Positions 48,061 to 60,527 of a stretch of 64,000 nucleotides of DNA are shown piece by piece. This DNA comes from Lytechinus pictus. Lineage: Eukaryota. The stretch is taken from assembly GCF_037042905.1 (NCBI RefSeq), contig NC_087250.1, forward strand, positions 6,946,001 through 7,010,000, written 5' to 3'. Position 1 is the stretch's first letter. Each line of letters begins with the position of its first letter. A program made the position numbers and the translations under genes. The notes beneath the pieces were generated by a model, which saw only the letters and a program-made list of their open reading frames with translations, was not told where the DNA came from and ran no database searches.

Positions 48061-49356
48061 TTAAAAACGCGTCATTGTATCAGATTTCTGACCTTTGACC
48101 TTCATGCTCGTCCGAGGAGGCGGTTCCAAGGCCTCGTCTTTGCCATCCAAGGATACATTCCCAGTGCTTCCATGGCCGGAATTCAGCGATGACTGCGACT
48201 TGCCACGTAGGACCCTGGGAGGTGCAGAAGGTCTGGATGGCTTGTGGCTCTGAGCGGGGGATTCCCCGTCGCTGTTTGGCATGGTGTCCAGCGGGGGTGG
48301 GCGTGGCGGCTTGGTACCAGTTGGTGTCCCCGGGGTGTCGGGTTGATCAACACTCTTTTGCCTGTCTCTGGGTTTCTTGGCGGACTTGTCAATGGTGCTG
48401 TAGACCGGTTCTGCGGTAGGAGGTGGTGGCGGCTTCTGATCGGGGCGTGGGCTTGCCACTGGCACGTTTGTCATCGATTCCGTAGGCAAGGGTTTGATGT
48501 CGATGGACTCGTAATCGAGAGAATGATCATCCTCCTTGTGATCGTTATACTCCTCAGCTGTTGGGAAATTATCATCATACGATGGAACCTTCTGACTTTG
48601 TGAGAATTCTTTAGATACCTTCTTGTCTTTGACCTTTGCGTATGCAACGTCAACCGCAACATGGGTTGGTTCGTCGCTAGAAGAACCGAGTCTAAGGTAC
48701 CCATCCTCATCCACAGTGAGCTTGCTCAAAGAGCTTTTGGGAAGCACTACATCCTGAACAAACCTCCGCTGCCTAATAAATTCATCAAAACACCCAGTCA
48801 CAAGGACTTCATATGCGCTGTTCTGTCTCGTGTATACAAGTGCATGAATGAATTCGGGAAAGGAATACCTTGTGATGCACAGGTCTATGAAATTCTTATT
48901 GCTGGGGTCCCTGCTTTGCAGTAGTTTTTTATAGTCCTTTCCCTCGGTCTCTTCTGCAGCGTTGTCCTTGTCCTTGGACTTTATCCACAGCGAGCAGACT
49001 TTACATGCAATGTCTTCGCGGATCTGCATTGTCATCACACTATCGCTTGTCAACTCGAAGACACTGACACGTGAAACACCGTTCTCATCATTCTGCGGGT
49101 TCTCTGCTATGATGTTGTGTAGGGTTTCAATGTTCATGGTATACACATGGATCGGTGCTGCTTTCAAAGGCATCAGGGCATATACCTTGGTGCCTTTCTT
49201 TAGCGTCTTGTATTTTATATCGATAAGATCGATACCAACGGCCTTTAGTGTCTGGGGATCCAAACCTCCCTCGCACCCTTTGATGAAGTCCTGAAAATGC
49301 AAGGCCTTTCTGCTGTTGAGTTCCTCGAGAATTTTCTTAAAGTCTTCGGCTGCCAT
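48061..49356 (-). CDS. Uncharacterised 431-aa protein: globular N-terminus plus Pro-rich/Tyr-motif C-terminus (signalling adaptor-like)
   Basis: Long GC-richer ORF; acceptor TTTCCATTTATTGACAG at 49389-49390, then ACA-ATG-G start (MAAEDF); DYESI, VYSTI, AYAKV, DGYLRL motifs; PxxP clusters. Confidence 0.8.
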   Translation of the reverse strand: MAAEDFKKILEELNSRKALHFQDFIKGCEGGLDPQTLKAVGIDLIDIKYKTLKKGTKVYALMPLKAAPIHVYTMNIETLHNIIAENPQNDENGVSRVSVFELTSDSVMTMQIREDIACKVCSLWIKSKDKDNAAEETEGKDYKKLLQSRDPSNKNFIDLCITRYSFPEFIHALVYTRQNSAYEVLVTGCFDEFIRQRRFVQDVVLPKSSLSKLTVDEDGYLRLGSSSDEPTHVAVDVAYAKVKDKKVSKEFSQSQKVPSYDDNFPTAEEYNDHKEDDHSLDYESIDIKPLPTESMTNVPVASPRPDQKPPPPPTAEPVYSTIDKSAKKPRDRQKSVDQPDTPGTPTGTKPPRPPPLDTMPNSDGESPAQSHKPSRPSAPPRVLRGKSQSSLNSGHGSTGNVSLDGKDEALEPPPRTSMKVKGQKSDTMTRF

Positions 49357-49574
49357 TGTGACGACCTCAACTGACCCACTGATGGTATCTGTCAATAAAT
49401 GGAAAGTTGACATAAAACAAATGAAGTTGGCCAAGAAGGACCAGGGGAGGATTTGCAGCAAGAGCTGTATCACAGTCATTTCCATAGGGTTCATTTTCAT
49501 GAGAAAGAACTTAGAGTCACAGATTGATGATAGAATCATAGATATTTTGAAAAGTAAAGAATCGATGACATTAA

Positions 49575-50143
49575 AGGGATGGTCCGGGCTGAATATATTT
49601 TTATCTCAATGTATAGAGTAAAATTCATAGAGCAAAATGCAGAAAATTTCATCAAAATTTTGAAGTTTATCTTGTGAAAACAGTCATAAGCACATCATCA
49701 TGAATATTCATTAGGTAGGCTGATGTCATATAATAAACTTTCCCTTTTCTTATCTTATTTATACATGAAATCATAATTGTTTAATTTGTTCATACTGTAC
49801 ATGTGTAAATAATCTGTCTCCATTATGATGAAATAAATTGCATCAATAAATGACTGATGCAAGTTATCAGGTGTCAATCGAATTGTTTTAGTTCTTGGTA
49901 GAAAAAATTTGAATAAACCTAATTTCATATAATAAAATTTTAAGAACAAGTACCAGTAGGGATATGACATGATCAGCCCACTTAATGAATATTCATGAAG
50001 ACATGCCTAGAACTGTTTAACCGGAATAATGCAAATCTTAAAAATTCAATAACTTTGTTATTTGTTATCCGATTTTGATCAAATTTTCAGCATTTTGTTC
50101 TGTGAATTTCATTCTATTTTATTGAGATTAAATATTTCCAGCC
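49575..50143. mobile_element. Kolobok-type MITE, right end eroded
   Basis: TTAA|AGGGATGGTCCGGGCTGAA; inverted AAAATGCAGAAAATTT / AAATTTTCAGCATTTT and ATGAATATTCAT blocks. Confidence 0.6.
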
Positions 50144-50391
50144 TTTTGTTTTACTTTAACAACTTAAATCATAGATTAGGAGTAAAATCAGAGACATTTC
50201 CTTGGGAGCCTTCATCATGTTTTTTTTTTAAATAAAGCCTCCATTTCTAGATTGCAAAATTTTGCCCCCAAGTCATTGAAACATGATAAATGACCATGGA
50301 CCCAGACAGCCCGTCGACTCCAAGACGGCCTGGGGCCCCGTTTCATGAAAATTTATTATTAACAAATTTGCAAGAACACTGGCCTTATCAT

Positions 50392-50851
50392 CAGTAGAGG
50401 CGCACGGCCAATATGGGAGACTCTCTCCAATGTGGGAGACAATCTCCCACATTGGAGACTTGCTTTGCAAAAGGACAAAAGAAACAACACCAACAAAAGC
50501 ATGATTTTTTCCACCCAAAATTTTGTCTCACTGAGGTCAGAAGCCCATTTGTTTTGTGTGTGATTGACAACAAAAATCCTTAAATCAAAACAAAAGTAGA
50601 TGGTGAATTTTTAAAGTAGACGGTGAAAAGGGGTAATTTTTCATGAGAAATCTGCTTATCACATTTTTATTTGCCGCCAAGGTAATCCTTTTGCAGCAAA
50701 TGTAAACAAAGGAAATTGGTCTCCAAAACTGGAGACTGTCTCTGAAATTGGATACCCAAATTCTTTACAAAAGTCTCTGATATTGGAGATAATCTCGGTA
50801 TAATCTCCCACATTGGAGACAGTCTCCAATATTGGCCGTGCGCCTCTACTG
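50392..50851. mobile_element. MITE with CAGTAGAGG TIRs and 5-bp TSD
   Basis: ATCAT|CAGTAGAGGCGCACGGCCAATAT ... ATATTGGCCGTGCGCCTCTACTG|ATCAT; GGAGAC/GTCTCC subterminal repeats. Confidence 0.85.
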
Positions 50852-52067
50852 ATCATGAAATTAGTCACCTCTCTTCTCGTGTGTGCACTCGTTGTGTACA
50901 AAGTCAATGGGAGTTGAAAGAAGTCACCAGCGCTGACGAAATAAACGGCAGTGAATGGACTGTTTACTTCAACCAGGATAATGCCATATACACTAACAGT
51001 TTTAAGCTACTGAAATTATTTGATTTGATTGGCTGATAGAGTGAACTTGTTACAGAATTTGTGCAATTGTTGTTAAATTGGAACAAGTCGCTATGAAACG
51101 GGACCCAGACCATGGTCATGGTTATGGAGCCGAGCCCAGTGTAATAACAAGGCAACTTCTCAGTCTTGGAGTTGGACTGAAATTTAGGGGGTGTGCAAGA
51201 ACTGAACTATCAAGACAAGACTTAGATCTAGTTAGATTATATTTGGACTCAGGTAGGGGCATCACAAAGCAAAGCTTTTTTGTCATTCAGCTATCTTAAG
51301 AGTATAGATCAAGTAGCTAGAAATATAGACCAAAAGCTTCCCCTGAACTCTGTTGGCTCCACTCACCAATTACAGAGACCGAAGTTCTAACTCAATCTGT
51401 AGAGGGACTCAATGGCCATATGTTTGTAGGCCTATAATAAGTTCGGATAAACCAGGGAGTGGGAGACTTTGCGCGACAGCCGAAGTCACTGTTTTTTTCC
51501 TATTGTGCATTTCAGGCCATAACGGAATAATAATCTTGATTTTGGGTCCAGTTCTTTTTGATATATATTTTCATGAAATAAAGAAAAAAATTGATGAGCC
51601 CCGTCGGGGGATCATTTTGCACAATCACGAGCCGTCGACTACGTCTACGAGGAGAAATAAACATTAAAAATGTTTAAAAACTCCTCGAAACAAACGGCTG
51701 CCAGCTGTCTACTAGAAATATAGATTAACACAGTTTGATTTTTGTACTTGATTTGGGCATTGCCCGTATAGTAGCAACAGGACAGTACAGTCTACGGAAA
51801 CCCTCATGCATGTCCACTCACACGTATTGCGAGGTTAGTATTAGTATATGTCCGCCGAAACTCTGCCGGTCAAGTTGATCTCTCACCCCGAGTCACACTA
51901 AAAATACTAGTAGTAAAGGAAGCAAGTGCAATTGCAAAGTGGCCAGAATATTACGCCACGATTGCAATTAGCAGATACACACGGTGGCCGGAGGTGATCA
52001 TTCGACGCGAAGATCATTACCGTACTACTGTCAAACTTTCACTGAATTAAAGTAGAAATTCACTCAC

Positions 52068-52170
52068 CAAATTAATTCCCGGGATAAATTCTCAGTGGCC
52101 AGATAGGTTTTCTAAGTTACTCGTCCAACGGTACGTGTCCTTGGCAATGCGCTAGTTGAGTTCTCTGTTT
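52068..52170 (-). other. Candidate non-coding first exon of the 431-aa gene
   Basis: Minus-strand donor TTG|GTGAGT (ACTCAC at 52062-52067) in a CpG-retaining region; 5' boundary is a guess. Confidence 0.4.
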
Positions 52171-53380
52171 GCGGAAGTAGATTGCGAGATAAATCCAACG
52201 TGGGCATCCCCCACATGCACAGTGCGTGTGATATATGTGTACAAATTCACATACATGTTGCATGTTGTTGTATGTGATCAAAGGTGGTGCGATGATTTGA
52301 TATGCCACGCCCCCTTTTCTTTGTAATGTGTGTAATGTATAACTTCTCTGGATGGGGCGGCGGTGATGGAGGGGGGGGGGGGAACGGAACGGGGTTGAAC
52401 CCATATAGACCAAATAAGTCTCTCCCTACCAAACGTGCAAATCTGTATTCAAAAGACACAAACTTGTTTTATTTGAAAGAAGATCTATAAGATAGATCTA
52501 GACCCATGGCCCTTGCATGTACTCTTTCCCAAAAGGGACAATAAAAATTCCAGAAGATTTCTAATATTTTTTTGTAGGCCGTTACTTGTTTCAGTAAATC
52601 TACCCCCCCCCCTTTTTTTTTCCTCGATCCCCTTCTCATTAATAGTCTGTGGCTGCCTTTATTCTGAAGTCGGACCATATCACTCTCTTGAAATTATAGG
52701 AAACCAACAGTTTCAAGATTGCATTTACAGTACACATTACATATTTCCTATCTTTAATACATTGACCGTTTCCTATCTTACATTGACCCTTTCCTCATGG
52801 TTTAATAATGGAGGGAACGTACCATTTGAGTAATTATTCCCAGACAGTTATGAATCATGTTCGAGTGTCAAATTAGCTGACAAATCAAACTTTTACATTT
52901 ACAGATACCTGACAGTCACAAATTGGCTTTCCATAGATAAACAGCAACTGCAGACCAGAGTTTGAATTAAACCAGAGTTCAAAATACAGGCCTTAGACCA
53001 AACCCAAACAATTATCCTGCATCGACCATGCTCAAAAGGTTCAAAGTGAAAACGTATGTAGTATACTTTTGGTTTGCCAGCTGCACCTTTTTTTTGTCAG
53101 TACTTGTGCACCAGACACAAGAGGGCAGTGGAAATACAATAGGCTGTTTTGGAGGCTTTGAATCAGAGTACATATCTTGGACTTGTGTTTTTTCAGAGTC
53201 TTGCCTCAATTTTTAATCTTAAAAAAATTCTTTGAAAATCATTCTAGGCAAGACTCGAACTTCAATCCATGAACTCGACTGCATGCAACATTGGCTTACC
53301 GATTGAGTCACACAAATCGAGCTGCTCGATGGATCGGATATCGTGTCACCATTGAATATTCGTGTGGCGTAGGCTGATTA

Positions 53381-53555
53381 AATAAATACTATTATTTCAT
53401 CATTCCCAGTTACCACAGCGTTCTTGCGCCAAGTGCACAAGTAGTCAAGTACTGACAAATAAAAATAATAATAAATCCTATTATTTCATCATTCCCAGTT
53501 CCCACAGCGTTCTTGCGCCAAGTGCACAAGTAGTCGAGTACCGACAAATAAAAAA
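53381..53555 (+). repeat. ~90-bp tandem duplication
   Basis: CTATTATTTCATCATTCCCAGTT.CCACAGCGTTCTTGCGCCAAGTGCACAAGTAGTC.AGTAC.GACAAATAAAAA x2. Confidence 0.85.
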
Positions 53556-54829
53556 AAGGCCTGGCTGGTTGGTCAGGATGATTTCATACAATACTTCTCC
53601 CCTAGACCCATTCTCCTCAGAAGTGGAACTTGGGGCAATAAACCATTGCACTTGGCATAGATTATTCTTGTATCAAACCTACACAAAGGACGGCCTCCTT
53701 CCCCATGACTTCTCATATTTTTCAACTTAAAACTAAATATTCTGAAGTCAGGTTTCATTTAACCTTTGGTATAAAATTGTGGTTTAACTATGGAGAGCCA
53801 ATAGTTGCATACATCCTCAACAGTAGAGTTTCAATGTATTAGATAATTTGAATGTCATATCAGTCGTAACTGTTTGTGAAAGATACATAAAGCAGTTGTC
53901 TTCACCATCAAAGAATTAGGAAAGTGCACAGTAAACAAAAACCTGTGTAAATAAACTTTGGACATATTTGGCTTCCCATGATTTTAGAACAGAGTTAAGT
54001 TAAACCCGACTTCAGAATATATAATAAACCACCACGAACTGAACGAGTCTGGTTTAAACGTGTTGTTTTTTATTATACCATAATACACCTGGCAAAGTAG
54101 CTTAATCAAGTAACACATAAACCATATACAGCAACAAAAAAACATGATTCTATTATGAACTACAATTACAATGTACATACATATATATGGGACTACCACG
54201 GTCTACGTAGACATGCTAGTCTAAAAACTACTCACATATTGCCCACAAAAAAAATGAGAAATAAAGAGAATGAGATAGTATTTACAGGATTATAAATACG
54301 TTAAAATTCAAATGAAATGAACACATTGACATATTTGGAGAGTAAAAAAATGTCAAAATAAACAAGCATTTGAACATGTACTGATCAGTGTATTATAGGA
54401 TGTCAGGGGAGAATTTTGTATAACAGAAAGTGATTTTCACTATTTGTTATAAGCTATTGAAATCCTTGCATATGATTGGATAAGAGCAAAATTGTTTTCT
54501 CAAAGTGAACAAAGTCTCATTCCCGATAGACCTTGAAGAAAGCATCACAATATAAAAAAGAGGAATACATACTTCACTTTCTTCACTTTTCTGGGATAGA
54601 CATGAATAGAAATAACTTTTTTAACATCATGAAATCAGGGGGGGTGTTTCACAAAAATTTTAATTGGACTGAAATTGAAAATCACAAATTAATCCATTTG
54701 GTGTAAAATGCATCACCGCACAAGTCAGATCATGGTCAAAGGACGCACTACAGAGCACTTTAATCAATGAGTACATTCTGTTTCTGTTTATGGTAACTCC
54801 CATAAGAACTCGACAGGACAGTGTTTTGC

Positions 54830-55025
54830 TGGTAAACGCCAAGCCGGTATATAACCAATTACCTAAGAAAAATTTTACGTCTAGGTTAATCAGTCATAGT
54901 GGCTGACCTTATAGACAGATATTACTCTTGGGCCTTTTTATCAAAGTGGAGACAATGGCAGAGTAGGGATTCGAACTCACATCCTTGCGATTATGAGTCC
55001 AATGCTCTAACCACTGGACCATACA
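54830..55025 (-). mobile_element. tRNA-derived SINE fragment
   Basis: Minus strand TGGTCCAGTGGTTAGAGC (A-box) and GAGTTCGAATCCC (B-box). Confidence 0.7.
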
Positions 55026-55572
55026 AACCACGTTGTGTGTGCGTTAGAACATAAAGCATGAATCTTAGATTGATTCTTTGTGAACCTCCCCCAAGCATTT
55101 AATTTTCTACCAAAAAATTATAAACGACAACAAAAGGGAATACCCGGGATGTCAGCTTTCTTAATTCAGGGGTCTGTTTCACAAAATTATTTACTCTACA
55201 AACAATTGCTACATGAAGAGTCATAAGAAATATACCAATATGTTTCATGAAAGTTGGACTGTGTTTTGAAAAAATGAATTTTTCATTAAAGCATTGTTAA
55301 AAGTAAGGATTTTATTGTTTAATAGCTCATAATGACTATTTCCATGTCCCCCACAAGCATTGTTCATCTTTTTAAAGATACCAATGTTCATCTAGATTCA
55401 TTATACTCAGACTTTTAGAGGGGACGCAATTTAAAACAATTGAGAATAACAATCTGCATGCCATACTTTTCTCAGGGAGCATTCACAATCCTACGTAATA
55501 CATGTTTGTCTACCTTAATATATATTCCAATGACAGCCTGGGGAGCATTTCAATCCACAAGTTGTCAGATCT

Positions 55573-55842
55573 GGGCCCCATCTTTAAGAGTTACGATTGA
55601 TCCAATCAGTCTCAACTCGATGGAAATCCATCAGTGTCATAATTTTTTCTGCAGAAAATTTGCAAAATGTACTTTGTAAACAAAGGAGAACGCACCAAAT
55701 TGTCAAGAAATCAATGAATTTATGGACATACATTCATATCTAGATATTCTTTTGAACAAACATGCATGTTATATGTAGACTTTGATGGCTTTCCATAGTT
55801 GCGATTGATCGGATCAACCGCAACTCTTTGTAAGATGGGCCC
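55573..55842. mobile_element. Harbinger-type MITE nested in an older small MITE
   Basis: CTG-GGCCCCATCTT..AAGAGTTACGATTGATCC ... GGATCAACCGCAACTCTTTGTAAGATGGGCCC-CTG; ends approximate. Confidence 0.65.
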
Positions 55843-58207
55843 CTGACATCTTTCCCTGATTCTGATTGGCTGAGAGGCACTGTTCCTATGGTAACTGTTG
55901 GACAAAATGGGACTTGTCGGCATGTGCTTTCATGAAACGCCCCCCCCCCCCTGATCTTCAAAGTATACTGAAATATACACTCTCAAAAACACTTTGGTCA
56001 TTTGAACCATGCAGAAGTCAACTATGCACATTCGGCGCATGTTTTGAAACTCAAAGCAAGGATTATAAGATACCGCTAAGCAGAAAATCATTTTTATGTA
56101 GACAAATGCAATCCTCAGCTTCGTGGACACTTGGCCTTGCAAGATCACAAGTTTCTTGCAGTGCCCCATAAGGATCTATCTATATGAAGATAGAAAATTG
56201 ATGTCCTGTACTGTGTATGCTTTTCATATCACAGTTTCTTAACCCCAGACTATCCTTAACCCCTACTATCTTTTTTTTTTTTAGGGGGGGGGGTTCAGCC
56301 TGTCTTTCTCAATGCCTTAATCCAGGACTGCAAAGCTCATGAATATTGATGATTTTGCCACACAGCACGCAATTAACGTGAAATTTTGACTTCTGTGATT
56401 GGCTAAAGCTTAGTCCCGCTTCTCCTATGAAGCCAGGTTTGGTTTCAGACTACTGCTCTTAGCACCGTAAATGCCCGGCTAGCAAGGCAATAAGCCAGCT
56501 ATCCCTGTTTTTGAGCTGAACCGGGTAGTACATACTATTTACTGTGCTAGCCCACTTTGTACAATGTAGTCTAAAACCATAATAGATCACCGAAGTTACG
56601 AACCAGGCCAATAATACATTGACTTCAATGTGGCTAAGTATGTATTCATGAGGTAATTAATATCTAAGGCCCCCATGGACCGATTCTCACCAAATTTTGG
56701 AAGTGGGGGTTTTATAAAAAATGCTGAAATGCAAAATAAGTTTTTTGTGACGTCATCACTTCGGTACTCTATAGGCTAAGCTTACACATGGAATATTTGT
56801 GGGACTAAGCTTCCCCTCTTAGCCTCACCTATTTCCTGGGATTAGGGAAATGTAGTCTGAAAAGCGTAACAGAGTACCATCATCAAAAACATTCCGTTCA
56901 CATTATGATTAAGTGGATCTATCAAGCATTCGAATGAACACAACCCAATTATATTTTCTTGAACCAAGTACTATGGCAATGTGAACTAGCTTAATGATGC
57001 CGAAAACGGTTTATGCATAGCCCATCAATGATTTCAACATCTATTAATTCTGGTCAACAGGTGAGACAAATATACATATACAGAATATTTGAATACAGAA
57101 TACATTTAAAAATAAACAAAGAAATTTTTAAAATCCATACTTTTGATCCATTTCCATGAGAAAATCAACACTCAAATATAACAAGAATATTCCATCAATC
57201 ATAAAGGATTGTATTGGATAGTACTACGGTATTGACGAAGATAAAACAAGCAAAAAAGTGTCGTACAAGGAATGTTTACACTGTTGCTTCAAGAATAGAA
57301 AACAGGAATATTTCAAAAGAACACAGGTCCATCCACAGGAAAACTCAATAAACCATGTTCAGTGTTCTGTAGAAGAACGTATCACTATTAGTCACAGAAT
57401 AATATTTGGATGATTAATTGTACACATATGTACGATCATTCACCAAGCCTTGTGCTAACTGGCCCTGGTTGGGAGATTGAACAATGGAAAATGTACGATT
57501 ATATATATTTTGGATTCACCCAAATATTCACATTTAAATTCTACTGTGCATTGAGTCACATGCACAGCAGACACAGATATGCATGGTGTGGGACTGAACA
57601 CAAATCTTCAGCCCTAATATTTCAGCTGTATTTTGTCACCTAGAACTGGAGGACATCAAAAGGGCAATTCTTTACTGCAGCATTTACCCCATAAAATATA
57701 CCTGTTTTACAAACTGAAAAGAATATTCAAGCTCACAATATTTTTTTATTTTTTAAGGGGGGGGGGGGATTTCCCTTAACAAGGCTTCTATAAATTTTTG
57801 GTCCAGCATTAAGTGAGTGAGACCCCTGCCATTTTTTTTTGTCCAATAGTAAAACTAATAAAGGACAATGATTTAATTTGAGCCCGTTAACGAAGATTAA
57901 CCATCAATAGATTGTCTCAAATACACACTCTAAAAAAACAGAAGAAAATTGCATTTGCAAGAGAAGCTTAAAAACATATCAGCCAAATACCTAACATTTA
58001 TCACTGTGAAATATTGATTTTGCTCATAATTAGGATAGAAACACTTTTTTTTCAGAAAAATGTGTAAAAAAAGTCATAAGAAATTGAGAATTCATAAAAC
58101 ACAGAGCTCTGAAAAGTCAAAATTCACAAATTTGCATTCTCTTGATTCATGTGAAAAGCTGAAGCAGAGGTTTCATTATTAGAATAATTATAATTGCTTA
58201 TAAAATA

Positions 58208-59163
58208 CACAGCGTCCCACAAAAAAGGAACCTGTTTTCAGAGATAAATTTCATGATTATTAAATATTTTTTTTACTATAAGACCCCATCACACTTATTC
58301 GGAATTAGCAGGAATCGAGCAGAAGCTGGAACGAAAAAAATATTCAAAAAATCTAGAAATTTTTGGAACTTATGAATTCACCAAACTGGAGATGTAATTC
58401 AGTAAATTTATCAGGTGAATCATCATACACTATTCAAAATGAACCGCAATGGAATCAGATTGATAATTCGTGCTACATTCTTGGACATTCTAGGCGCATT
58501 CTAAATATTCTGACTGCATTTGAAATATTTTTGTCAAATGTTTCTTTTGGCCGTCCCGAAGGTTTTGGTCATGTTCAAAACATTCAAGGGTTATTTTCGA
58601 ACGGTGTTCGAAGTAGATTTAAATGACCAACTGGTGGTCAAATAGTCCTTTCATTCCGGCCAATTCTGCTTGATTCGAAATAAGTGTGATGGGGGCTATA
58701 AATCTGATACTTATGGTAAGAGTGGGATCTCATCTTCAAATTGAGACCAACAGCTTAGCAAGTCATTCACCCATGGCAGGTTACAAACAATAAATATTAA
58801 GGCCTATCAGAAACGATTTGCGCAGGAATTCACATAAGAATCTGAATAGACTTTCATTTCAGGGATCAGCGAGAGAAACTTCACAAAGAATACAAAAGAA
58901 ATGCTGATGAGTCAATCGTCGAATAAGCACGGTTGTCGTACCACAAACCAATCTTGTCCAATTTGTCTGCGCAACCTCGTTTTGACATTAAAATTTCAGA
59001 CTCGTCTTGCTCATTAATGCGTGAAGTGTTTGTCTCAAATTAGGTATCCAAATAAATAGGAATAATTGAATTATATGATGATATAAATGCAACATCATGA
59101 TTAATTTGCCTTTGAAGAAAAAAGATGTGGGAAATCCGGTTTCCTTTTTTCTGGGACGCACTG
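58208..59163. mobile_element. Tc1/mariner-type MITE containing a nested inverted-repeat element (~58281-58697)
   Basis: TA|CACAGCGTCCCACAAAAAAGGAA ... TTCCTTTTTTCTGGGACGCACTG|TA; nested CCCCATCACACTTATT / AATAAGTGTGATGGGG. Confidence 0.65.
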
Positions 59164-59262
59164 TATTGCGCTGATCACTTGCTCATTAAAAGTCTCTACA
59201 GGCTCTACAATAATGCAGTATACTTACCTTGGCATTAGCAGAGCAGTTGGTACCCACATCTG

Positions 59263-59375
59263 CAGTGGCGGACTGTGACCCGGAGGAGATAATGCATTGG
59301 AGGGGCGCATCTTTGTTCTCAAACAATACAGTGCCCCTCCAATCATCAATTCTTCCGGGTCACGTTCCGCCACTG
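59263..59375. mobile_element. 113-bp hAT MITE inserted in a SINE
   Basis: CAGTGGCGGA...TCCGCCACTG with 8-bp TSD CACATCTG. Confidence 0.85.
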
Positions 59376-59383
59376 CACATCTG

Positions 59384-59546
59384 TGCTTTTAAAAAATAAC
59401 TTCTGCCAGGCCCCTATTTACTTCACCTGGCTTTAGTGCCGCAAAATGTGAATGAATTCTTGATGAAGGATGATGCCATGGCTGGGATTTGAACCCACAT
59501 CTCTCTGAGTAAAAGAGAGTCAGAACCATAAAACCACAACGCTCCC
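59384..59546 (-). mobile_element. Decayed tRNA-derived SINE
   Basis: Minus strand GGAGCGTTGTGG..., GGGTTCAAATCCCAGCCATGGC and CCAGGTGAAGTAAAT core. Confidence 0.65.
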
Positions 59547-60361
59547 ACTATAACATGAATTGTACTGGAGAACCGCTATCATTTAAACATTGAGAGCTCT
59601 GGGGGGCATTTCATGAAAATTTTTGTCAATTTTTTTACTGAAAGATGTTACAAGCTACTGAAAATCCTTACATCCGATTGGCCAAGAGCAAAGTAGTCGA
59701 TGAAAATCAATGACAAAACTTTTCATGAAAAGTTCCCCCGAACTGCAAGTTGGTCCATGGACATAAAATAGGCATAAGTAACCTTGTTATAAAAAACATT
59801 TTCAAGAATACCTCTTCAATTGAATTAAAACATTTTTAAACAATTCACAACTATTTTGTAATGAACAAATGAGGAACTTTTTTGAAGGACAAATAAACTT
59901 CAAGACCATGTTTATAAAAAAAACGACAAGCACAGTGTAAACATCCCTTTTAAACACATTTTCTACAACAGTCAAAACAGCCTTCTTATGTACTTATGTA
60001 ACACATATAACATATTTACAGGATTCTCTTTCTCTATACACGATTAGCCATTTTCACAAAATGTATTTACATTGGCATTTTACGATAACGTAGGGCATGA
60101 TCAAAGTCAATGCAATCTTGTCATTTTTTACAGGTAAATTCACAGAGTAAAATCAAATCATTACAAATTGAATGCAAAAAGTAGACATTATTCAAAATAA
60201 TTTGACACACAGAATTCTTTGTACTCCACTAGCAGATTTGTCCATTATTCGCTATATTGCATCACATACATGTACAACAGAAATGGCTTCTGCATCTGCA
60301 TGGGTTGCTTTTTCTCCAACACACGTATACGCGGCAAAGCGCTAAACGCAGTCGCGCACCT

Positions 60362-60527
60362 TACACCTCAGTCACATTTGCTCTACAGCGGCCGTACGGC
60401 GAGTCGAAATCAGCCGTTTCATTCCTTTATATTCAAACCAGGTACTTGTTGGCCACTACAAAAAATGTTAGCACTGCTGTTTTTGACTTGCCGTACGGCT
60501 GCCGTAGAGCAAATGTAATTGAGGTAT
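60362..60527. repeat. Palindromic MITE-like repeat
   Basis: ACCTCAGTCACATTTGCTCTAC..CCGTACGGC ... GCCGTACGGC..GTAGAGCAAATGTAATTGAGGT. Confidence 0.7.

Noticed and set aside
49357..49539. Hydrophobic N-terminal extension of the 492-aa ORF (apparent signal or TM segment)
   Set aside because: Mostly upstream of a good splice acceptor at 49389-49390; likely intron read-through, with the start at 49356
59220..59235. U1 snRNA-like start ATACTTACCTTGGC
   Set aside because: Similarity stops after ~13 nt; lies in decayed SINE sequence
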